Below the pieces are notes generated by a model that saw only the letters and a program-made list of their open reading frames with translations, had not been told where the DNA came from and searched no databases. From contig OZ220695.1 in assembly GCA_965116545.1 (NCBI GenBank), forward strand, positions 2,632,408 through 2,696,407: a DNA stretch of 64,000 nt, read 5' to 3'. The stretch's first letter is position 1. Each line of letters begins with the position of its first letter. Positions 22,317 to 30,389 of the stretch are shown one piece after another. This DNA comes from Tepidiformaceae bacterium (GTDB lineage Bacteria; Chloroflexota; Dehalococcoidia; Tepidiformales; Tepidiformaceae). The translations under genes were made by a program, and so were the position numbers.

Positions 22317-22994
22317 TCAGGCGACGAAGCGATAGCCCTTGCCACGGATCGTCTCGAGCTGCTCGTCGCTGCCGAGCACCGACCGCATCTTGCGGCGCAG
22401 GTTGCTGACGTGCGCCCGCACGAGCGTGTTCGCCCCGGCGTCGTCGTGGTACTGCCAGACCTCTGCCAGCAACGTGCGCGGGTGCAGGATCTCGCCCTCG
22501 TGCGCCATCAGGTAAGCCAGCAGGTTGGCCTCAATGTTCGTCAGATGCTCGGCGCCCTCCGCGCCCTGGAGCGTGTTCGTGTCCGTCTCGACCTGGAAGG
22601 GGGCCCGCTCCGTGCGCGTGGGATCTCCCAGCAGGCTGCGCAGCGTCTCGCCGAGCTTCTCCAGCGGGAACGGCTTCTTGATGACGGGGCCGGGAACGTG
22701 GAAGTGGGGCCGCCGCGATCCCTTCCGCAGCAGGTAGACAAGCGAAGGGGCCGTCTCCGGATCCTGGTAGGTGCGCGACAGCCACTGGCTGAACTGGGTG
22801 AAGCGTGAGCCCGGCTCGCCCCGCGGCACGCCCTGCACGTCGACGACGAGGGCCGTGGGCTCGGAGGGATCGAGTTGGGCGATGAGTACGTCGTAGTTGG
22901 GGTAACTCGTTACCTCGTACCCGCGCTCGCGCAGGTAGGTGTCGAGGGCCTCTCGCATACGAGGGTCTCGGCTGACAGCGACTACGACAGGCAT
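22317..22994 (-). CDS. OmpR/PhoB-type winged-helix response regulator with an atypical receiver domain
   Basis: C-terminal trans_reg_C blocks (LTNIEANLLAYLMAHEGEIL, VRAHVSNLRRKM, TIRGKGYRF). The N-terminal receiver-like fold keeps LVVDV and KKPF but lacks the acidic pair. No kinase gene is adjacent. ATG 22994 lies one codon inside the TTG-initiated track ORF. Confidence 0.8.
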   Translation of the reverse strand: MPVVVAVSRDPRMREALDTYLRERGYEVTSYPNYDVLIAQLDPSEPTALVVDVQGVPRGEPGSRFTQFSQWLSRTYQDPETAPSLVYLLRKGSRRPHFHVPGPVIKKPFPLEKLGETLRSLLGDPTRTERAPFQVETDTNTLQGAEGAEHLTNIEANLLAYLMAHEGEILHPRTLLAEVWQYHDDAGANTLVRAHVSNLRRKMRSVLGSDEQLETIRGKGYRFVA

Positions 22995-22997
22995 CAA

Positions 22998-23084
22998 GGC
23001 TCGCGTTCTCGCGGGGCTCGCGGTTTCGGATGGCTCGTGCTTTACGGGTGGCTCGAGTTCTTGGGTGGCTCGCGCATACTAGGA
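22998..23084 (-). repeat. Five direct repeats (17-18 bp period, invariant GGCTCG on + / CGAGCC on -) immediately upstream of the response-regulator start
   Basis: GGCTCG occurs at 22998, 23015, 23032, 23050 and 23067, spaced 17, 17, 18 and 17 bp. Minus-sense units resemble ACCCnnAAnnnCGAGCC. Positions were verified against the codon register of the overlapping track ORF. Confidence 0.8.
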
Positions 23085-23103
23085 TGCTGGTCTGGGGTGT
23101 CAA
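23076..23103 (-). promoter_or_regulatory. Near-consensus sigma70-type promoter facing the response-regulator gene
   Basis: Minus strand reads TTGACA (23103-23098), a 16-nt spacer, then TAGTAT (23081-23076). The predicted start site near 23069 would place the repeat array in the leader. Confidence 0.55.
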
Positions 23104-23228
23104 GGGAATCGAACAACATAAATTTGTGAGTTCCGGCGAGAACGGTTCGGGCTGCAGGGACGGTGTCTCAGAAGCTGTGTCGGCGCCCCTTCGAAACGTC
23201 ACCCGAGGGAGCGATTTGCGCCTTGTCG

Positions 23229-24011
23229 CTACTCCCCGCTAGCCGCCAATTCGTAGGTCAAGCGCTCGATTCGCGCCCTCACGATGCGGTGGGGGGCATC
23301 CTGCTCGATCCAGACCAGCTGCGTCACCGTGCTCGTCTCGATCCGCACCTTCCAGGTCTCGAACGTGCCCGCCGGGACTTCCACGCGTTCCTGCCCCTCC
23401 ACCACCATGTCGGCCCCGAAAACCCTGCCCGTTGAGGCGTTCACGTTCGTGAACGACCCCTCGAAACCCTCTTCCAGGGGGATGCCCCGCACCAGCCACA
23501 GCAGTTCCTCGTCGTCGTACCAGGCCGGCTCCGGGACGGCGTCCGTGGGCTCGGGGAGGTCGCGCTGGGCGTCCAGGCTCTCGCTCGGCTCCTCCTCCCC
23601 CGCCTCGTACTGCGCCGACTGGAAGCGCACAAGGCCTTCCTCCCGCACATACGTCGTGGCGAAGTGCCGCGCATCCCCCTCCTCTAGGTCGAGGACGATC
23701 CGCAGCGATGAGAGCGGGCGCAGGGTCACGGAGTCGACCCGCGCGGAGCCGTTGTCCTCGTAACGACCCTCTTCCGCGTCGCGACAGAGGCGCCGTACCT
23801 CCGTCACCCCCGGGGCGACCTCCGGCTCGGTTTCGAGCACGCACATCCCTTCGAGGTTGTCGCGCTCCAGCAGGTTGTAGTGAAGCCGCTCGGGCCCGGT
23901 CCAGGGCGCCCCCGCGAAGATCGAGGGGTGCGTCTCGAGCGGCTCGCTGCCGCACGCGATGAGCGCCACGCCCGCAAGCGCGAGGACTGCCAGTCCCAGC
24001 CGGCGCCTCAC
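23229..24011 (-). CDS. Putative secreted lipoprotein of unknown function
   Basis: Signal peptide plus lipobox MRRRLGLAVLALAGVALIACGS, with a beta-rich remainder. Its start overlaps the ltaE stop by 4 nt. Confidence 0.65.
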   Translation of the reverse strand: MRRRLGLAVLALAGVALIACGSEPLETHPSIFAGAPWTGPERLHYNLLERDNLEGMCVLETEPEVAPGVTEVRRLCRDAEEGRYEDNGSARVDSVTLRPLSSLRIVLDLEEGDARHFATTYVREEGLVRFQSAQYEAGEEEPSESLDAQRDLPEPTDAVPEPAWYDDEELLWLVRGIPLEEGFEGSFTNVNASTGRVFGADMVVEGQERVEVPAGTFETWKVRIETSTVTQLVWIEQDAPHRIVRARIERLTYELAASGE

Positions 24012-25048
24012 CCGACCGCCACCGCCGCCCGTTCGATGCGCCGCAGCGCCTCGTCGATGCCAGCCGCATCGACGTCCTTGTGGGTCACCATGCGGATGCG
24101 GCCTGCCCCGAAGGGAACAGCCCGCACGCCCGCCTCCGCGAAGGCCGCGAGCCAGCCGTCACGCGTGCCTTCCAACACCCGCAGGACAACGATGTTCGTG
24201 GCCGGCGTCTCCACCGCGAACGGCCCCATCCGGCCCAGCCCCTCCGCCAGCGTGCGTGCGTTCGCGTGGTCCTCGGCCAGACGCTCGATGTTGTGGGCCA
24301 GGGCATGGATGCCCGCCGCCGCCAGCACGCCCGCCTGCCGCATCCCACCGCCCAGCATCTTCCGCTCCCGCCGCGCCCGCTCGATCAGGTCCTGCGGTCC
24401 GCAGAGCACCGACCCCACCGGGCACGCCAGCCCCTTCGACAGGCAGAACGAGATCGAGTCGGCGGGGGCCGCGAGGGCCGCCGCCGGCGTTTCGCTGGCG
24501 ACCTCGGCGTTGAAGATGCGTGCCCCGTCGAGGTGTACGGTCGCACCCGTCTCGTGGGCGATTCCAGCTAGCGCCTCGACCCGCGCGAGCGGAACGACGG
24601 CGCCTCCGCAGCGGTTGTGCGTGTTCTCCAGGCAGAGCAGCGCCGTTCGGGGCGCGTGGATGTTCGGCTCGCGTACCGCGGCGCGCACGTCTTCCTCCGC
24701 CAGCCCGCCCCCGCGATCGTTGGCAAGCGGCCGCAGTTGCACGCCCCCGACCCGTGCCGCCCCCGCCACCTCGTAGTTGAACACGTGCGACTCCTCGCCC
24801 AGCAGCACTTCGTCCGTGGGTTGCGTGTGGCTCAGCACGGCCACGAGGTTCGCCATCGTGCCGCTCGGCACGAAGACCGCCGCCTCTTTCCCCACCCGCT
24901 CCGCCGCCAGCGCCTCCAGGCGATTCACGCTGGGGTCGTCCCCGAACACGTCGTCGCCGACCTCCGCCTCGGCCATGGCGCGGCGCATGGCCGCATCCGG
25001 CTGCGTTACCGTGTCACTGCGCAGGTCGATCGGGCGCGTGTCGCTCAT
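24008..25048 (-). CDS. ltaE: Low-specificity L-threonine aldolase
   Basis: IDLRSDTVTQP, GDDVFGDDPSVNRLE, PSGTMANL and FCLSKGLACPVGS (PLP Lys) are typical of the beta-eliminating lyase / threonine aldolase family. Confidence 0.9.
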   Translation of the reverse strand: MSDTRPIDLRSDTVTQPDAAMRRAMAEAEVGDDVFGDDPSVNRLEALAAERVGKEAAVFVPSGTMANLVAVLSHTQPTDEVLLGEESHVFNYEVAGAARVGGVQLRPLANDRGGGLAEEDVRAAVREPNIHAPRTALLCLENTHNRCGGAVVPLARVEALAGIAHETGATVHLDGARIFNAEVASETPAAALAAPADSISFCLSKGLACPVGSVLCGPQDLIERARRERKMLGGGMRQAGVLAAAGIHALAHNIERLAEDHANARTLAEGLGRMGPFAVETPATNIVVLRVLEGTRDGWLAAFAEAGVRAVPFGAGRIRMVTHKDVDAAGIDEALRRIERAAVAVG

Positions 25049-25482
25049 TCGCGCTGCCAGATGGTGCGCATGCCTTCGCCCCCGCGCACCGCCGCCACCA
25101 CCTCACGGCGCTCCTCGTCCAGCAACTCGCGGTGGACCTGCATTGCCGCCTCACCCGCCGCCTGGCCGCCAATCGACTCCATCCGCCCCCGGACCACGTC
25201 CCACAGCCCCGACTCCGCGATGATCGACACCCGGCGCGGCCATGCGAACGACATCAGCTTCTCGGGATAGGGGAAGGCGGGCCGCAGCTCCTTCACGGCG
25301 CGGACGCGCTCCTCCACCGAGTTGACCCGGGGAACCCGCGAGATATAGGGCGGATCCGCCGAGGTACTGCGAAAGTCGACCAGCACGCGGCTGCCCACCG
25401 TCTCAAGGCGGATGATCAGCACTTCCGAGTTCTCGATGACGCGGCGCACCTCGTCCAGGTCGATCCCAAAGTCGTCGCTCAA
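25045..25482 (-). CDS. Hypothetical protein
   Basis: 145-aa ORF with GC-rich third positions. Its stop overlaps the ltaE start by 4 nt. No motif recognised. Confidence 0.5.
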   Translation of the reverse strand: MSDDFGIDLDEVRRVIENSEVLIIRLETVGSRVLVDFRSTSADPPYISRVPRVNSVEERVRAVKELRPAFPYPEKLMSFAWPRRVSIIAESGLWDVVRGRMESIGGQAAGEAAMQVHRELLDEERREVVAAVRGGEGMRTIWQRE

Positions 25483-25549
25483 ACTCAGTGCTCCTTGCGG
25501 GTTCTTGTCATGGTAGCCAGCCCTCCAGTGGGCCGCCAGCGAACACGCC

Positions 25550-27898
25550 CTACCGGCACAGCAGCGCGAATGTGTAGCCCCGCGCTACGAGTTCCCCGAG
25601 CACCGTTTCGAGCGCCTCCACGGTCTGCGAGCGCTCGCCCCCGCCGTCGTGCATCAGCAGGATCGCCCCCGGTCGCGCGTGCGCCAGCAGGTGCTCGGCG
25701 ATCTGCGCCGCGCCCGGCCGCCGCCAGTCCTGCGGGTCCACGTTCCACAGCGTGAGCGTCTTCCCCAGTTCCGCCGCCAGCGCGCTGGTCTGCGCGTCGT
25801 AGGCGCCGTACGGGGGCCGCAGGCACGAGATCGGGTCTGCCTGCGCGCCCGCCGCGGCATGGATCGCGTCGTCGGTATCCCGTACTTCCGCGATGAACGT
25901 CTCCCGGTCGACCTTGTCCAGCGAGGCGTGGTCGAAGGTGTGGTTCTCGGCGTCGTGCCCCGCTTCGACCAGGCGCGAGGCCAGCTCCGGGTACGCCTCC
26001 ACGTTCTGCCCGAGCACGAAGAACGTCGCCGTCGCGCCGTGCCGTGCCAGCACCTCCAGTACCCGCGGCGTCCAGGTCGGGTGGGGACCGTCGTCGAACG
26101 TTAAGTAGACGACCGGTTCTCCCGCCCCGCCGTGCGCGGCGTGGGCCGCCGGAGGCGGCGATGTCGAGGTTCCCGCATCCCGCGACTCTCGGGCCGCCTC
26201 CGCCACCGCTGCTTCCAGCGCCTCCCACGTCGTCCCGTCGACCACGCCTGTCGGTGGCAGGTCCGCTTCGACCTGCAACTGCAGGACCGCCTCGCGGGTC
26301 GCCTCGTCGTACACGTCGTAGTAGCGCCCCGGGTATTGGAACCCGAGTGTGGGTACGCGCGCGAGCCGCTGGTGCAGCGCCCGCACCGCCCGTCCCCGGT
26401 CCCCCGTGCCCAGCGTGTACTGCTCGAAGTACGAGGCGTCCGGCGCGTCGAGGAGCGTGTCCGGGCCGGGCTCCTCGGGCGGCAGGCCGGGCGCCACCTC
26501 CACCGACTCCAGGTACGCCTTCGCTTCTTGCAGGAACGGGTCGTCGGGCGCGAGCCGCAGCGCTCGCCCGATCGACGAGCGAGCACGGTTCAGGTCGTCC
26601 GGCGACGCGAGCGTCTGCCCCAGCGCCCGAACCGCGTGAATGGCGGGGTCGTCGTCGCGGACTTTCAGGGCCTCGTCCGCGTAGAAGAGCAGGTAGGCGA
26701 CCATCGTCGCCAGATCCGTCTCCGCGGCGGTGCCGCTGATCAGCGGTCCGTTCAGCGCAAACGCCTCCTTCGGCGGAAGTGTGCGCATCAGGGCAAAGGC
26801 CGCCGTGTACTCCCCCGCGAACACGTTTGCCAGCACCGGCTGACCCGGTGACCCCGCATAGCCCAGCCGCAGCGCTGCCGTCCGGTTCACGACGATCGAG
26901 AGCCAGCGAAGGCCCTCGTGCCCGGGCGCCCGCCGCGAGGTCTCGATCGCGAGCGTGGCCGCGTCCCGCCACAGGTTCCCCTCGGCAAGCCGGACGACGC
27001 GTTCGGCCGCTGCGGCGAGGTCACCCTCAAGGTCGTCCGGCGCTTCCAGCGGGACGGCGTCGTATTCGACCCCGTTCCAGCGGTAGACCAGCTCCCCCTT
27101 CTCCTCGACCGAGCAGGCGTAGCAGAAGACGTACGGGTTCGAGCTGTTGAGGACGAGTTCGACCACCCCATCTCCGTCGAGGTCCGCGATGCTGCCCGCG
27201 CCGGGCCGCGCGCTGACGTGCGAGACCGCCACCGCCAACAACTCCCCTTCGACCAGCACGACGTCCAGCGTTCCCGCGTGCGCGCCCGTGCCCCCGTGGA
27301 TCGCGATCAAGGGGGTCGTCGGCTCCCGCCGCGCTCGCGGTCCCGCGTCGTAGACCTGCACTTCCGTCCGCTGGGGAGCGGTCTCCAGGGTGACCTGGTA
27401 GAGGACGTCCGACCAGGAGGCGTCGCTGTTGCGCCGGTACAGCGCGATGAAGTGGAAGAAGTTGACCGGTTCTCCGTCCTCGTCGACGTAGAACGGCTGC
27501 GGCCCGTTCGTGACCACCACCCAGAGCGTGCCGCGCTCGTCGCGGGGGGCGACGGAAAACGCGTGCGCCGTCAGCCCATCCGCGCTCTCGCCGAACTCGT
27601 CCCGCACTGGCGCCAGCGCCATTTCGGCAAGCTCGGCCGCTAGCGTCTCTGGGTCTTCGGGCGGTGCATCCTTCCTAGCCGCCGTTGTATCCCCAGTAGG
27701 CGCTTCGGTTGCGGTCGGCGTCGGTGTCGTGGCGACCACCGTCTCCGTGGCCGTGGTTTCGGGCGGCGCCGTCGCGGCTGCTTCGGGAACCGGGCTCGGG
27801 GCTGGCGGCGTCGGCTCGTCGGAGCCGCACGCAAGCGACAGGGCCACCGCCGCCACGGTCGCAAGCAGAACCGCAGGGATGAGGCCCTTCGCCGGCAT
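25550..27898 (-). CDS. Multidomain lipoprotein: large N-terminal region of unknown function, peptidoglycan-binding domain, and C-terminal NodB-type polysaccharide deacetylase
   Basis: Lipobox LSLACGS. FG-GAP-like DLDGDGVVELVL. A PG_binding_1-like block (GDRGRAVRALHQRL...LPPTGVVDGTTWEAL). NodB motifs TFDDGP, HTFDH, RPPYG and LMHDGG. ATG 27898 chosen because the upstream ORF extension runs into the tRNA. Confidence 0.85.
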   Translation of the reverse strand: MPAKGLIPAVLLATVAAVALSLACGSDEPTPPAPSPVPEAAATAPPETTATETVVATTPTPTATEAPTGDTTAARKDAPPEDPETLAAELAEMALAPVRDEFGESADGLTAHAFSVAPRDERGTLWVVVTNGPQPFYVDEDGEPVNFFHFIALYRRNSDASWSDVLYQVTLETAPQRTEVQVYDAGPRARREPTTPLIAIHGGTGAHAGTLDVVLVEGELLAVAVSHVSARPGAGSIADLDGDGVVELVLNSSNPYVFCYACSVEEKGELVYRWNGVEYDAVPLEAPDDLEGDLAAAAERVVRLAEGNLWRDAATLAIETSRRAPGHEGLRWLSIVVNRTAALRLGYAGSPGQPVLANVFAGEYTAAFALMRTLPPKEAFALNGPLISGTAAETDLATMVAYLLFYADEALKVRDDDPAIHAVRALGQTLASPDDLNRARSSIGRALRLAPDDPFLQEAKAYLESVEVAPGLPPEEPGPDTLLDAPDASYFEQYTLGTGDRGRAVRALHQRLARVPTLGFQYPGRYYDVYDEATREAVLQLQVEADLPPTGVVDGTTWEALEAAVAEAARESRDAGTSTSPPPAAHAAHGGAGEPVVYLTFDDGPHPTWTPRVLEVLARHGATATFFVLGQNVEAYPELASRLVEAGHDAENHTFDHASLDKVDRETFIAEVRDTDDAIHAAAGAQADPISCLRPPYGAYDAQTSALAAELGKTLTLWNVDPQDWRRPGAAQIAEHLLAHARPGAILLMHDGGGERSQTVEALETVLGELVARGYTFALLCR

Positions 27899-27923
27899 GC
27901 GCAGCCCTTCTCTCGTACAGGAT

Positions 27924-28000
27924 TGGTCGGGGTGCCCGGATTCGAACCGGGGACCTCGCGGCCCCAAACCGCGCGCTCTACCTGGCTGAGCTACACCCCG
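27924..28000 (-). tRNA. tRNA-Pro (anticodon UGG), CCA encoded
   Basis: The minus-strand 77-nt sequence CGGGGTG-TA-GCTC-AGCCAGGTA-GAGC-G-CGCGG-TTTGGGG-CCGCG-AGGTC-CCCGG-TTCGAAT-CCGGG-CACCCCG-A-CCA folds into a complete cloverleaf. The anticodon loop is TT-TGG-GG. Confidence 0.93.
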
Positions 28001-28119
28001 TCCAGCCAGCCTACCCCACCGCCTGCACAGGCCCTAGGAAAGAACCGGCTGCCCGCACCCAAACGCTACCGAAGGGCCACACCGTGTCCCCGGCGCACCC
28101 GCCCCGCGGCGTACAGTGT

Positions 28120-28149
28120 TTGACAGCCTGCGCGAAGCAAGCTGATCAT
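28120..28149 (+). promoter_or_regulatory. Candidate promoter for the DUF433/DUF5615 pair
   Basis: TTGACA (28120-28125), an 18-nt spacer, then GATCAT (28144-28149), about 20 nt upstream of the ATG at 28170. The -10 match is only moderate. Confidence 0.3.
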
Positions 28150-28169
28150 GAAACACCGACTGGGGCACT

Positions 28170-28403
28170 TTGACCATGGACTGGCGGGACTACATCACGG
28201 TCGACCCGAATGTCTGCCACGGGCAGGCCTGCATCGCCGGTACCCGCGTCATGGTTACCGTCATCCTCGATAATCTTGCAGCCGGCCTGACCGCTGAGGA
28301 GATTACCGAAAGCTATCCGGCTGTCTCTACCGATGCGGTCACGGCGGCTCTCCACTACGCGACGGAGTTGGCCAGGGAGCGGACTGTGCCACTGGGCGCG
28401 TAG
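28170..28403 (+). CDS. DUF433 (COG2442) antitoxin-like protein
   Basis: 77 aa. ITVDPNVCHGQACIAGTRVMV...EEITESYP is the DUF433 signature. Confidence 0.8.
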   Translation: MTMDWRDYITVDPNVCHGQACIAGTRVMVTVILDNLAAGLTAEEITESYPAVSTDAVTAALHYATELARERTVPLGA

Positions 28404-28412
28404 GGACGCTGC

Positions 28413-28766
28413 ATGCGGGTCAAGCTCGATGAAAACCTCCCGGTACAGTTGAAGGCTCTGTTCGCAGAGTCCGGTCATGATGCGGCGACGGTCCTCGATG
28501 AGGGCTTGGGCGGCGCGTCGGACCCGGAGGTGGCGGCTGCCTGCCTTGCCGAGGAACGGGTGTTGGTCACGCAAGACCTCGACTTCTGTGACATACGGAC
28601 GTATCCGCCTGCGGAGTACTTCGGGATTGTCGTATTCCGGCTGTCCACTTCAGCCCGGGACGCAGTCCTGGACATGGGGGGCACGTTGATTCAGCAATTG
28701 GAGCGGGCGTCCCCCGGCGGTCAGCTATGGATAGTGGAGGAATCGCGGATCCGAATCCGGGAGTGA
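28413..28766 (+). CDS. DUF5615/COG4634 PIN-like (Mut7-C-like) putative toxin
   Basis: 117 aa. MRVKLDENLP...LVTQDLDF is typical of DUF5615 partners of DUF433. Starts 9 nt after DUF433. More A/T-ending and rare codons (ata, cta, tta-type) than the neighbouring genes. Confidence 0.75.
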   Translation: MRVKLDENLPVQLKALFAESGHDAATVLDEGLGGASDPEVAAACLAEERVLVTQDLDFCDIRTYPPAEYFGIVVFRLSTSARDAVLDMGGTLIQQLERASPGGQLWIVEESRIRIRE

Positions 28767-29702
28767 TTAGGCCGGAACCGGCTGCGCACTCCCGATGATG
28801 TCGTGCACGTCCGCGACGTCGTGCGACTCCAGCCACGCCTCCAGCCCTTCCAGCACGTCGAGCGGCGCCCGCGGGTTCGAGAACGAGGCCGTTCCCACCT
28901 GCACCGCCGTCGCCCCCGCCATCAGGAACTCGACCGCGTCCCGCCCCGTGCTGATGCCCCCGCAGCCGATGACCGGCACGCGCACCGCCTGCGCTACCTC
29001 GTACACGACGCGCAGCGCCACCGGCTTGATCGCGGGCCCGCTCAGGCCGCCCGTGGCCCGGGGCAGCACTGGCCGCCGCGCCTCCGCGTCGATGGCCAGT
29101 CCGGGAACCGTGTTGATGGCGCAGATGGCGGACGCCCCCTCATCGGCGCAGGCCCGTGCGATCTCCGCCGGATCCTGGGCCGCGGGCGTCAGCTTTACGA
29201 TGACGGGCAGCTCACAGCTGCGTACCGCTCCCCGCGTCGCCTGGGCCGCTGCCACCGCGTTCAGGCCGAAGTCGAGCCCGTTGTCCACGTTCGGGCAGCT
29301 GAAGTTGAGCTCCAGCGCAGCCACACCCGGCACCCCGTCGAACGCCCGCGCGAGGTCGCCGTAGTCCCCCGCCGTCTCCCCCGCGATGTTCACGATGACG
29401 GGCACGTTCCAGCCCGCCCAGACCGGCGCCATCTCCGCGATGATGCGGTCGGGACCGAGGTTCTGCAGGCCGATCGAGTTCAGCATGCCCGAGGGTGTCT
29501 CCGCTACGCGCGGCTGCGGGTTCCCCGCCCGCGGCAGCGGCGTGACCCCCTTGGAGACGACCGCCCCGAGCCGGTTCACGTCGAATTGCCGCGCGAACTC
29601 CATCCCCCAGCTAAAGGTGCCCGAAGCGGGCATCACGGGGTTGCGAAGGCTCAGGTTGGTCTTGCGCTCAGGCGCGAGTTCGACCGCCAGCTGTGGTGTC
29701 AC
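28767..29702 (-). CDS. pyrD: Dihydroorotate dehydrogenase, family 1 catalytic subunit
   Basis: NPVMPASGTF, LELNFSCPNV (catalytic Cys), GLSGPAIKP and VIGCGGI. Confidence 0.94.
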   Translation of the reverse strand: MTPQLAVELAPERKTNLSLRNPVMPASGTFSWGMEFARQFDVNRLGAVVSKGVTPLPRAGNPQPRVAETPSGMLNSIGLQNLGPDRIIAEMAPVWAGWNVPVIVNIAGETAGDYGDLARAFDGVPGVAALELNFSCPNVDNGLDFGLNAVAAAQATRGAVRSCELPVIVKLTPAAQDPAEIARACADEGASAICAINTVPGLAIDAEARRPVLPRATGGLSGPAIKPVALRVVYEVAQAVRVPVIGCGGISTGRDAVEFLMAGATAVQVGTASFSNPRAPLDVLEGLEAWLESHDVADVHDIIGSAQPVPA

Positions 29703-29723
29703 AGGTTCAGTGTACGACGCGTG

Positions 29724-29918
29724 TCAGGCGCGGTTCGACGCTGGCTCCTTGCGCCCCGAGCGGCGGTTGCGCCAGAGCCGTTCGCTCTCCGAGTTCTCGA
29801 AGTTGCGTTCGGTTCCGCAGTGCTTGCAGATGCCCTGGCTGAAGTGCCCGTTGGGCGTCGCGATGATCCAATGGTGCGTGCACGTACCCGTTGCCGCGCG
29901 GTGCCTGCTGGCATGCAT
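29724..29918 (-). CDS. Small Cys/His-containing protein, possible zinc-ribbon
   Basis: 64-aa ORF MHASRHRAATGTCTHHWIIATPNGHFSQGICKHCGTERNF... Third positions are strongly G/C-biased like real genes here. Lies between the GNAT gene and pyrD on the same strand. No family assigned. Confidence 0.5.
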   Translation of the reverse strand: MHASRHRAATGTCTHHWIIATPNGHFSQGICKHCGTERNFENSESERLWRNRRSGRKEPASNRA

Positions 29919-29972
29919 GTCAAACCCCGTTGGGTTCTGCGCCCCGCCTCGCGCGAATCCACTCTCTTTACC

Positions 29973-30389
29973 TTACTCCCTCTGTCTACCCCCGCGCCTG
30001 CCTTTGCGGCTGCGCAGGACCTGCTCGAACCACAACCCACCGTCCGGACCCTCACCCGGGACCGGGCGGAAACCCATCCGCACCCAGAAGTAGACCGCCA
30101 GCCCCCGGTCCGGCGGTGCCCACGTCCGCACGATGTCGTAGCGGCGCGCCAGCGTGCGTAGCAGGGCCGTCGCCGCCGCCGATCCCGCCCCGTACCCCCG
30201 CGCCTCCTCGTCGATGCACAGCCGCTCGATGAAGGGCGTCTCGCCCGACAGGTCGACCGCGACCTCGCCGATGACCCCCCGCCGGCCCCGCCGCCGCACC
30301 TCGTAACGCGTCGCGCCACCGTCCTCGACACGCCGCAGCGACACCCACTCCCCCGCGATGCGTTGCGGCAGTGGCCTCCGTGCGCTCAT
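29973..30389 (-). CDS. GNAT family N-acetyltransferase
   Basis: 138 aa. Acetyl-CoA block LCIDEEARGYGAGSAAATALL and a GF terminal motif (FWVRMGFRP). Its start overlaps the dinG stop by 4 nt. Confidence 0.75.
   Translation of the reverse strand: MSARRPLPQRIAGEWVSLRRVEDGGATRYEVRRRGRRGVIGEVAVDLSGETPFIERLCIDEEARGYGAGSAAATALLRTLARRYDIVRTWAPPDRGLAVYFWVRMGFRPVPGEGPDGGLWFEQVLRSRKGRRGGRQRE

Noticed and set aside
19847-22408. 853-aa ORF on the plus strand
   Set aside because: Antisense to comEC and rph. The translation is extremely Arg/Pro/His/Gly-rich with no motifs. This is the typical long spurious frame of high-GC DNA.
23104-23114. T-loop-like GTTCGATTCCC on the minus strand, suggesting a tRNA or tRNA fragment
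   Set aside because: Flanking sequence cannot form a T-stem, acceptor stem or anticodon arm. It is probably a chance match in the AT-richer intergenic region.
25485-26972. 495-aa minus-strand ORF
   Set aside because: An alternate frame of the deacetylase lipoprotein gene, which has clear NodB and PG-binding motifs.
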